A stretch of DNA of 64,000 nt from Thermoplasmata archaeon (GTDB taxonomy: Archaea; Thermoplasmatota; Thermoplasmata; Lutacidiplasmatales; UBA184), in contig JAKIVS010000009.1 of the NCBI GenBank assembly GCA_022750435.1, forward strand, positions 6,909 through 70,908, written 5' to 3'. A program made the position numbers and the translations under genes. Below, in pieces: positions 1 to 7,019 of the stretch (positions within the stretch are counted from its first letter, which is position 1; every line of letters begins with the position of its first letter). The notes beneath the pieces were generated by a model. The model saw only the letters and a program-made list of their open reading frames with translations, ran no database searches and was not told where the DNA came from.

Positions 1-180
1 GTCGGCGAGCACGGTCCCCACGCCGACGAGGATGCCGTCCACGTCCGCGCGGATCCACTGGACGCGGGCCAAGTCGGCCGGTCCGGAGAGCCGGGCTCGC
101 CGACCCCCCGCGTAGGCGAGGCGACCGTCGGCGGAAACGGCGCAGTTGACGAGAATCTCGGGGCGATCCAGCATCGGCAT
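1..180 (-). CDS. RibD C-terminal-domain (DHFR-like) pyrimidine reductase, 5' end only; gene runs off the left edge
   Basis: Own minus-strand translation from ATG at 180: MPMLDRPEILVNCAVSADGRLAYAGGRRARLSGPADLARVQWIRADVDGILVGVGTVLAD, open to position 1. It fits the N-terminal pattern of RibD_C reductases (A.S.DG+ ... lR...DaIlvG.gTv..D). It is absent from the ORF track because it is truncated. It starts 7 nt after the FTCD stop. Confidence 0.55.
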   Translation of the reverse strand, partial: MPMLDRPEILVNCAVSADGRLAYAGGRRARLSGPADLARVQWIRADVDGILVGVGTVLAD

Positions 181-187
181 GCGGACG

Positions 188-1669
188 CTACGGCATCCCG
201 AGCGCCCGCGCCTCGGCGCGGATCGCTCCCCCGTCTCCCCCGGCGGACTCGAGGTCCGGGAGATTGATCGCGACGTTGGAGAGGGCGCCGACGCACCCCG
301 CGTTCAGCAGGGCGAGGGCCGTCGTGAGGTCGCTCTCGATGGAGCGCTTCACGGTCGCACGGAGCGACTCGAGCCGGCGGGCGGCGGTCGCCGCCGTCCG
401 CGCCGTCACGAGAGGAACCTCGGTCGCCCGCCGGACCGCGGCGCGGTACGCCTCGGCCGCCGCCGAGGAATCCGGGGCGCTCTTCTGGGCTCGCCGGGCC
501 GTTCGGAGGCCCTCGTACGCCTCGGTGTCGTCGTCGATCGCCGCCAGGAGCGCGTCGCGGTCGGCGGACAGCGCCCCGATCGCCGCGTCCAGAGCCGGGT
601 CCGGGCCGTCCTTGGGTTGGGAATAGCGGAGCACCATCGCGCCTAGGGCGGCGCCCATCGCGGCGGCCGCTGCGGCGGCGCTGCCTCCCCCGGGCGTGGG
701 GGTACGCTCGGAGAGCCGACGAGCGAATTCGGTGATGCTCCCCGCGGCCAGGGGCCTCGAAATCGACGGAGCGTCCTCCTGGAGCCGTTGCTCGAGGATC
801 TGGCGCCGGTCGAAGTGGGTGAGCTGGAGGTAGCTTTCCGCGGCATCGAGCAGGGCGTCGTTCGGCACGAGCCCGACGATCTCGGATTCGACCGACCGCG
901 CCCCGAGCTTGGCCGCCTCGCCCCGGACCGCCTCGACGATCCGTGGGATTGGCGTGGTGTGGTAGTCGGTGAGGTTCATCGACACCTGGGCCTGATGTCG
1001 CTCCGTGATCTCGAACCCGAGCGCCTTCACTTCGGGGAGCCCGCCGTCCCGCGCCCGGACCGCCTTCGCGATCTTCTTCGCGACGCTCACATCGGGCGTG
1101 TCGAGATAGACATTGTACGCGATCAGGACCGGCCGGGCGCCGATGGCGACCGCCCCGCCCGTCGGATGGACCTTGGACTCTCCGAAATCCGGTTTCCGCG
1201 CCGGGTCCGAAGCGATCGTCTCCCGGAGTCCCTCGAATTGGCCCTTGCGAACGACGGCGAGGTCGGAACGCTCCGGGACCCGCGCGCTCTGCGCGTACAG
1301 GTACACCGGCACACCCAGTTCGCGGGCGACCCTCTCTCCGAGCCGTTCGGAGAGCCGGACCGCTTCGGCCACCGTCGCCTCGCCCAGCGGGATGAACGGG
1401 ACCACGTCCGTGGCGCCCATACGGGGGTGCTCTCCCACGTGGGTCCGGAGGTCGAGGGTCGCGACGGCGACCTGCATCATGCGGAAGACGGCCTCCACGA
1501 GGGAGTCCCCCTCCCCGACCAGGGAGATCACGGACCGGTTGTGGTCGGCGTTGCTCTCCACGTCGAGGAGCCGAACCCCCGGGACGGTCCGGGCGGCGGC
1601 GGCGATCGCCTCGATCTTCGCCGCGTCCCGGCCCTCGGAGAAGTTCGGGACCGACTCGAACAGCTTCAC
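188..1669 (-). CDS. Glutamate formimidoyltransferase / formimidoyl-THF cyclodeaminase (bifunctional FTCD-type)
   Basis: 493-aa ORF. The N-terminus MKLFESVPNFSEGRD...LLDVESNADHNRSV is the characteristic formiminotransferase start. The C-terminal ~190 aa (TPTPGGGSAAAAAAAMGAALGAMVLRYS...) looks like the cyclodeaminase domain. The GTG start overlaps the FEN1 stop (GTGA). Confidence 0.85.
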   Translation of the reverse strand: MKLFESVPNFSEGRDAAKIEAIAAAARTVPGVRLLDVESNADHNRSVISLVGEGDSLVEAVFRMMQVAVATLDLRTHVGEHPRMGATDVVPFIPLGEATVAEAVRLSERLGERVARELGVPVYLYAQSARVPERSDLAVVRKGQFEGLRETIASDPARKPDFGESKVHPTGGAVAIGARPVLIAYNVYLDTPDVSVAKKIAKAVRARDGGLPEVKALGFEITERHQAQVSMNLTDYHTTPIPRIVEAVRGEAAKLGARSVESEIVGLVPNDALLDAAESYLQLTHFDRRQILEQRLQEDAPSISRPLAAGSITEFARRLSERTPTPGGGSAAAAAAAMGAALGAMVLRYSQPKDGPDPALDAAIGALSADRDALLAAIDDDTEAYEGLRTARRAQKSAPDSSAAAEAYRAAVRRATEVPLVTARTAATAARRLESLRATVKRSIESDLTTALALLNAGCVGALSNVAINLPDLESAGGDGGAIRAEARALGMP

Positions 1670-2700
1670 GAATCCTCCGGGCCGAACGTCTCCAGACTGG
1701 TCTGCCGTCCCCGTTCGGTAACGGCCGGCGCCGGACCGGTCGTATGCCGCTTGGCCCGCTGCAGCGCCGCGTCGACCCGGTCGGGCGAGAACCGATGACG
1801 GTCGACCAGGATCCGATGGACGGCGTCGCGGTCGAGGGGCCGGAGCGTCACGGGTTCGACCTCGATCGTCTCCGGGTGCCGGAACAGCTCGGCGACGGCC
1901 GCGGCCTCGGTCGGGTCGAGCCCGGCCTTCTGGAGCGTCGCGTCCCAGCCGAGGTGCTCCCGGACCAGCTTGAGCGCCTTCTTCGGTCCGTAGCCGCGCA
2001 CACCGTCGGAGAAGTCCGTGCCCACGAGGAGTCCGATGAGGAGGAGCTCCTCGTCCGAGATGCCGAGTTGGGCGAGCGTCTTCTCCCGGTCGATGATCTG
2101 CGCGGCCGGGGCCTTCCCCTTCGGAAGGCGGGCGGCGAGCCCCCGGACCAGGCGCGGAGCATGGAACAACAGGCTATCGTAATCCTCGGAGGCGGCGGCC
2201 CATACGGTCCCACGGGCGGCCATCGCGGCGGCCTGGGCCTCGCCTTCCGAGGGGGCCTGGATGGCGGGGACCCCGAGCGCCGTGAGCAGCTCCATCGACT
2301 CCTCGGCCATCGACCGGCTGAACCGGCTGGTCTGGGACGCCTTCCGTCGCGCCGTCTCCAGGTCGCCCGCCTCGAGCGCCTGCTTCCACTCGGCTTCGGC
2401 CCGCTCCTTCGCGAGGAACCGCTCCCGAAGGGTCCCGGCCTTCAGGTCCGGGGGTTTGCCGTCAAAGACCCAGGCCGGGAGAACGCCCTGGCCAAGGAGG
2501 GAGGTCGTGCGGTACAGAAGCCCGATCAGGTGGCTCGTCGTTCGCCCGTCGGGGTCGCTGAACGGCTGGCCGTCGCGCTGCCGGATCGTGGCGAGGAACT
2601 GGTAGACCGCATTGTAGCCGTCCACGGCGACCGAACGACCGGCGAGGGCCTCCCACGGAAGCTCCTCCGGGGTGACGAGGTCGCGGAACGGGAGCCCCAC
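1666..2700 (-). CDS. fen: Flap endonuclease 1 (FEN1)
   Basis: 344 aa. XPG-N/XPG-I hallmarks are present in order: AVDGYNAVYQFL, TSHLIGLLYRT, VFDGKPPDLK, PSEGEAQAA, SEDYDSLLF, GTDF. The start codon is GTG. Confidence 0.92.
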   Translation of the reverse strand: MGLPFRDLVTPEELPWEALAGRSVAVDGYNAVYQFLATIRQRDGQPFSDPDGRTTSHLIGLLYRTTSLLGQGVLPAWVFDGKPPDLKAGTLRERFLAKERAEAEWKQALEAGDLETARRKASQTSRFSRSMAEESMELLTALGVPAIQAPSEGEAQAAAMAARGTVWAAASEDYDSLLFHAPRLVRGLAARLPKGKAPAAQIIDREKTLAQLGISDEELLLIGLLVGTDFSDGVRGYGPKKALKLVREHLGWDATLQKAGLDPTEAAAVAELFRHPETIEVEPVTLRPLDRDAVHRILVDRHRFSPDRVDAALQRAKRHTTGPAPAVTERGRQTSLETFGPEDS

Positions 2701-2801
2701 GTACTCCGTCGAGCGGCGGGAAGTACTTGGCCCTTGGGGAGCCGACGAACCCGGTCCGAAGGTACATGAATGCCCGCGCCGTCCGAACGACGGGGACGAC
2801 C

Positions 2802-3593
2802 ATGCCGCTCGAGTGGCGCAGCACCGACGCTTCGGCGCCCCCGTTCGCCCCCGGCGGGATCGTCGTGTCGAGCTTCCCTTCGGCCGGCCTCGCCGCGACC
2901 GTGGCGGGCCACTACATTGTCAAGACCCTCAAACTGCCGAGGATCGGCGTCTTCGATGGGACCGACTCGCAACCCATCGCGGTCGTCCAGAACGGTCAGG
3001 TGCACCCGCCGATCCGCGTCTACGGCCGACCGGATCTGGCGGTCGTGCTCTCCGAGCTCCCAGTTCCACCGGACCTGGCGTTCCCCTTGGCCCAGGCGAT
3101 CCTCACCGGGGCCGAGCAGCGGAAGGCGCGTCTCGTGATCGGCCTCGAGGGCGTGATGCCGCACCCGTCGGAGGCGCCGGGCGCACCAACCGACCCGCCG
3201 GCCCCCAACGACGAGACCGTGTGGGCCACCTGCGCTCGGGAGGAGGCGGGGCTTTCGGCGGAGCTGAAACGGGCCAACGCGCGGCGGCTCGAGGACGGGG
3301 TCATCGGCGGGCTCTCCGGAGGTCTCCTCATCGAGGGGATCACCCGTCCGACGCCGGTCGCGGTCCTCCTGGTCAGCGCCAGCACCGGTGCGGAGGGATT
3401 CCCGGACCACCGCGCCGGGGCGGCGCTCATCGAAACGCTCGACCGGATGCTTCCCGAACTGAAGATCGACACGGGTCCGCTGCGGACGCAGGCGGAAGTG
3501 ATCGAGAAGGCTCTGCGCGCCGCGATGAAGGCACGGGCACGTTCTGTCCCTGAGGCGCCCCCGGAGCAGGGCCAGCCGACGATCTACGGCTGA
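2802..3593 (+). CDS. PAC2-family proteasome assembly chaperone-like protein
   Basis: ORF 2727..3593. I place the start at ATG 2802 (alternatives TTG 2727, ATG 2766). GGIVVSSFPSAGLAATVAGHYIV and the ~260-aa size fit archaeal PAC2 (PbaA/PbaB-like) proteins. The family call is from pattern memory only. Confidence 0.6.
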   Translation: MPLEWRSTDASAPPFAPGGIVVSSFPSAGLAATVAGHYIVKTLKLPRIGVFDGTDSQPIAVVQNGQVHPPIRVYGRPDLAVVLSELPVPPDLAFPLAQAILTGAEQRKARLVIGLEGVMPHPSEAPGAPTDPPAPNDETVWATCAREEAGLSAELKRANARRLEDGVIGGLSGGLLIEGITRPTPVAVLLVSASTGAEGFPDHRAGAALIETLDRMLPELKIDTGPLRTQAEVIEKALRAAMKARARSVPEAPPEQGQPTIYG

Positions 3594-3612
3594 GCCGACC
3601 TCGAGAACTCAG

Positions 3613-3795
3613 CTACGAGGAGCTCGGGGTACCGAACGAGTCGGTGTAGGTCAGCAGGTACAGGGCGCCCCCGAGCATGACCATCACGAGGGCGAGTATG
3701 GCGAGCGGGTTGTCCGAGAACTGCCAGATCGTGACTCCGATGAGAATCGCGGGCACCACGAAGGTGAACAGCACGGTCAGGATGCGGCCGTCCAT
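3613..3795 (-). CDS. Small two-TM membrane protein, unknown function
   Basis: Within ORF 3613..3858. From ATG 3795 the sequence is MDGRILTVLFTFVVPAILIGVTIWQFSDNPLAILALVMVMLGGALYLLTYTDSF..., giving two clear hydrophobic helices. GC3 is high. An AT-rich box (3822-3830) lies ~30 nt upstream of this ATG, which favours the shorter start. Confidence 0.5.
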   Translation of the reverse strand: MDGRILTVLFTFVVPAILIGVTIWQFSDNPLAILALVMVMLGGALYLLTYTDSFGTPSSS

Positions 3796-3819
3796 GGACC
3801 GACGCTCCGAGCGCCCTCG

Positions 3820-3832
3820 GGAGATAAAGATT
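3820..3832. promoter_or_regulatory. AT-rich TATA-like island shared by divergent genes 3795(-) and 3873(+)
   Basis: GAGATAAAGATT is the only AT-rich patch in the gap. It lies ~30 nt from ATG 3795 on the minus strand. On the plus strand it is followed by GGAGGT (3862-3867) 5 nt before GTG 3873. Confidence 0.35.
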
Positions 3833-3872
3833 CCCAGCGTCCGGGCACCGGGATCCACTTCGGAGGTCGCCC

Positions 3873-4421
3873 GTGGCCACTGACGATTCTCGAGTCTTCG
3901 CCCGGTGGCGCCGAGAATCCGACCCCGCGCCCGGCTACTGGCCGATCCCGGCCGATGGTGGGTGCCTCTCGGTATTCCTTCTCGTCCAAGACCCGACGGA
4001 CCCCGGGCGGATCGCCTTGGGAACGCCGGATCCCTCGGCCCCCTGGTCCCGGATCGGCGCGCTGGACGAAGCGCGCCTTAGCCGGATCGGGGACCGGTTG
4101 ATGCTGCCCTCGTGCCATCTCGTCGAGTACGAGTCTCCGGATGCCGCCGCCCGCCGAGTGGAGGACGAACAGCTGGGACGGACCGACCTGGTGCTGAGCG
4201 GTCCGCAGGTCGTCTCCGATGCCTACGGCCGCCCGGACGCGACGGGGCAACACTGGGACCTCCACTTCCTGTACCGCACGACCTGGCCCCGCGGCGTCCC
4301 GCTGGCGGCCCCGGCCTGGAAACGTCTCACGTTCGAGGACCCTCGGTCGCTCCCCCGGGAGCGGTACGCCCGGGCGCACGACGACATCGTGCGGTTCGCG
4401 GGGTTCGAGACCCCTCGGTGA
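3873..4421 (+). CDS. Hypothetical protein, possibly a degenerate Nudix fold
   Basis: 182-aa ORF with a GTG start preceded by a GGAGGT Shine-Dalgarno-like site. The segment CHLVEYESPDAAARRVEDEQLG loosely resembles a Nudix box (E-x7/8-R-x-V-x-[DE]-E-x-G) but is imperfect, so the function is uncertain. Confidence 0.5.
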   Translation: MATDDSRVFARWRRESDPAPGYWPIPADGGCLSVFLLVQDPTDPGRIALGTPDPSAPWSRIGALDEARLSRIGDRLMLPSCHLVEYESPDAAARRVEDEQLGRTDLVLSGPQVVSDAYGRPDATGQHWDLHFLYRTTWPRGVPLAAPAWKRLTFEDPRSLPRERYARAHDDIVRFAGFETPR

Positions 4422-4451
4422 GCGCCGGCGGCTTCGCGAACGTCGGCGAGT

Positions 4452-5375
4452 TCAGAGCGCTTCCGGGCCACGGGGGCCCGAAGCGATGACCTCGAAGGTG
4501 AGCTCGACGTCGGCCGGAGGCGAGGGAGCCCCGCCCGCCATGCGCGGGTAGAGCGGGGGCATCTCCTCCGGCGGCTCGGGCCCGAGCGAGCTCGGAACCG
4601 TCGGCGGGACCCTCGGGAAACTCTCCTCGAGCGCGATCTGCGGGATCCGCTGGGAATCGAGCAGCGTCTCGACCGGGGTGAGCATCGACTCCTCGATGTG
4701 GTCCGCGATCCGGCTCGCCCAGACGACGGGCACATGTCGGACCGGCATCCGCCGGTCCTGCCGCAGAAGTTCCTCGTTGTCGAGGACCGTGAGCGTCGCC
4801 TGGCGGCGCTGGTGCTTCTCGACGAAGGCGTCGAGGAAGTGGAGGCCCGCGATCGCGCGTTCCGCGACGGCGCGGCGTTCCGCCTCGACGGCGAACGGCT
4901 TGACGACGAAGACGCTCAGCACCTCGGCCGAGCGGCTGGCGGCCTCCAGGACGACCGGGAGGATCCCGGTCCCGCTGGCACCGCCCAGAGAAGCGACGAC
5001 CGTGACGAAGGTGGCCCCGTCGAACACGCGCTCGAGCGCGGGCTCGGCGGCGCGGGCGATCTGGCCGGCAGCGCCCGCGGTGGCGGGGACGCCGAAGGCC
5101 GGGCCGTTGTCGGAGCCGAGGCAGATCCGCCGGTCGAACTCCTCCGAGTCGGCGACCCTCGGGTCGCAGTTGATGGCGACGGTCTCGACGAAGCGGAGAT
5201 GGCGGCGCGCGATCTCCCGGCCGATCCGGATGCCTCCACCGCCGACGGCGGCGAGCAGGAACCGGACGTCGTGTCCCAGCCGTACGGTGGGCTCCCAGAG
5301 CCCCACGTCGACCTCACTCGTCCGCGTGTTCGTTCCGTCCCGGTCGTTCTCCCGTCGTCCGTTGGCCTCGCGCAT
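4452..5375 (-). CDS. FtsZ/tubulin-superfamily GTPase-like protein, N-terminal GTP-binding domain only (307 aa)
   Basis: This is the inner part of ORF 4452..5828, starting at ATG 5375 (MREANGRRE...); the upstream part of that ORF is an Arg/Gly/Pro shadow frame. Motifs appear in FtsZ order: AVGGGGIRIG (G-box), AINCD, SLGGASGTG (tubulin signature GGGTG[ST]G), KPFAVEAERR (FtsZ PFxFEGxxR), LDNEELL. No T7 loop or FtsZ C-terminal domain is recognisable, and the tail is Pro-rich. Confidence 0.7.
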   Translation of the reverse strand: MREANGRRENDRDGTNTRTSEVDVGLWEPTVRLGHDVRFLLAAVGGGGIRIGREIARRHLRFVETVAINCDPRVADSEEFDRRICLGSDNGPAFGVPATAGAAGQIARAAEPALERVFDGATFVTVVASLGGASGTGILPVVLEAASRSAEVLSVFVVKPFAVEAERRAVAERAIAGLHFLDAFVEKHQRRQATLTVLDNEELLRQDRRMPVRHVPVVWASRIADHIEESMLTPVETLLDSQRIPQIALEESFPRVPPTVPSSLGPEPPEEMPPLYPRMAGGAPSPPADVELTFEVIASGPRGPEAL

Positions 5376-5416
5376 CGCCACCACCCCCGCCGTGAATCGT
5401 CCGAATCCCCCCTGGG

Positions 5417-5920
5417 CTACCGGCCCAGGACCCCCTTTCGCTCGAGCTCCTCCGACGTGTCGCGGAGCTCGCGCAGCCTCTCCCGGCTGGCGTTCGCGCT
5501 CCGGACGGCCGAGCGGGACCGCTCGACGAGCTCGCCGACCTTCGCCTCGAGCTCGCCGCGACGGACCAGCTCTGCGAGGACGTCCGCGAGATCGCGGCCG
5601 TTCCCGTTCAGCTCGCCGTAGGCGCGCAGCGTCTCCACCTCGTCCGACCGGAGCCGGACCGGCACCTCGACCAGGTCCCGGACCGAACGGGTGGGTACGC
5701 TTTCGACGGCCGTGAGGGCCCGCGCCCGCAGGAACTCGCGCAGCGCCTCGCGCACCAGAGCCGACCGGTTGCGGAACTCCCCGCTGGCGACAAACGAGTC
5801 GACCAGCTGGAGCTCCTTGCGGTGGCACCGGAGCGCAATGCGCTCGTCCTCGGGACCGATCCGTGCTACGGCCGGAGCGTGCGGCTCCTCCGAAACACGG
5901 CGCGGGGGTTTGTCGAACAC
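5417..5920 (-). CDS. Ribbon-helix-helix (CopG/ParG-like) DNA-binding protein with helical E/R/L-rich C-terminal half
   Basis: 167 aa with a GTG start. RIALRCHRKELQLVDSFVASGEFRNRSALVREALREFL fits the beta-alpha-alpha RHH pattern. The C-terminal ~90 aa (LAELVRRGELEAKVGELVERSRSAVRSANASRERLRELRDTSEELERK) looks coiled-coil-like. The gene ends 41 nt upstream of the FtsZ-like gene. Confidence 0.7.
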   Translation of the reverse strand: MFDKPPRRVSEEPHAPAVARIGPEDERIALRCHRKELQLVDSFVASGEFRNRSALVREALREFLRARALTAVESVPTRSVRDLVEVPVRLRSDEVETLRAYGELNGNGRDLADVLAELVRRGELEAKVGELVERSRSAVRSANASRERLRELRDTSEELERKGVLGR

Positions 5921-5935
5921 GGCTGACGCGAGCTA

Positions 5936-5960
5936 TGCAAAATCATTCTACTTAAATTAT
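5936..5960. promoter_or_regulatory. AT-rich island upstream of the RHH gene (candidate bidirectional promoter)
   Basis: GCAAAATCATTCTACTTAAATTAT is by far the most AT-rich stretch nearby. Its left half is ~25 nt from GTG 5920 on the minus strand. The TTAAATTAT box is ~26 nt from an ATG at 5982 on the plus strand. Confidence 0.4.
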
Positions 5961-6395
5961 CGGCCATCCCCGCGACGAAAAATGACCGGTAGGACGGTGT
6001 CGACACCGGCCGACGTTGTCGAACAATTCCGGGCCGACGCGAAGGGGGCTCCGAACTCGAAAACCGTGCGTATAACCGGCTCGAAATTCACCGGAAATTG
6101 GCTCATGGCCGTTCGGAGGGGATTCCCGACCTGGTTGCCGTCGGCGGTGTCGTCGCGCGGCGCGGTCCCGACCCAGTTCTCGAGCTGCGCGGGGGCGGAC
6201 CCTTCGGCGCGAGGGTGGCGGATTTCCCCACCGTGGACACCCATGCCATCGTCGAGGGAGCGGGGGTGGAAATGCTGAGAGTTTCGAGGGGCCGTAGGTC
6301 CCCCCCGCGGGGAGGCGAAGGGTCCTCCCCAGCCCCGCCGGCCGCTCGACGTCCGAGACCGGCAGGTTCTTGGCTTCCGGTTCGCTCGGTGCACC

Positions 6396-6821
6396 GTGGC
6401 GTTCCGTCGGCCTCGGAGGCTTTACCTCCTCATCGCCGCGATCACCCTCGTCGCAGTCACGGGACTCGTTCTCCTCGTCCTTTTCCTCCCCGTGCAGCAG
6501 GAGTCCTCGGGGTACACGATGGTCGGCCCTCGGCTCTACTCGTACGAGAGCGAGGAGCTGTTCGGGGCGAACAACGGGTGGGAGAACTACTCCTACCGCG
6601 GCGTGACGTTCGGATTTCACCTCTGGTGTGAGACCACGCCAGCCGCCGGGACCCTGTGCGGAAACGCGACGGGATCGGACGGAGTCGCCCACTCGTACTC
6701 GTTCTCCGACGGCCCGCCGCAGATCGGGCCCCCGTCCTGGGAAATGTGGGTGTCGCCGAACGGCCACGAAGCCGTCGAATACCAGCAGGGTGGACTGGTC
6801 CATCTTCTCGTCGTCGCGTGA
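6396..6821 (+). CDS. N-terminally membrane-anchored exported protein, unknown function
   Basis: 141 aa with a GTG start. MAFRRPRRLYLLIAAITLVAVTGLVLLVLFL is a charged n-region followed by a TM/signal anchor. GC3 is high, and the protein has two Cys and an NAT sequon. An 8-bp GC hairpin follows the stop. Confidence 0.6.
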   Translation: MAFRRPRRLYLLIAAITLVAVTGLVLLVLFLPVQQESSGYTMVGPRLYSYESEELFGANNGWENYSYRGVTFGFHLWCETTPAAGTLCGNATGSDGVAHSYSFSDGPPQIGPPSWEMWVSPNGHEAVEYQQGGLVHLLVVA

Positions 6822-6827
6822 CGCGGC

Positions 6828-6846
6828 GGCGCCCCGCGGGGGCGCC
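6828..6846 (+). terminator. Perfect 8-bp GC hairpin just after the stop of 6396..6821
   Basis: GGCGCCCC-GCG-GGGGCGCC. There is no U-tract, so a terminator function is only a guess. Confidence 0.25.
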
Positions 6847-6960
6847 TCCCCCCGCCGGGCGAGCCCACGGTGGAGCCCGGGGCCCGGTTCCCGCGTTCCG
6901 GGACAATCCGCACGGATGCGCCCTCCGGCTCTCTGTGGGTCGCTCCGACGAGCCGCGTCG

Positions 6961-6974
6961 ATAATATTCAAATA
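6961..6974 (+). promoter_or_regulatory. TATA-like box upstream of the pilin-like gene
   Basis: ATAATATTCAAATA stands out in an otherwise GC-rich gap. The only in-frame start codon downstream of it is GTG 7020. Confidence 0.45.
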
Positions 6975-7019
6975 CGTGACCTCGCCAGTAATAGCCGGGG
7001 CGCCCTCCCCGCGAGGTCC

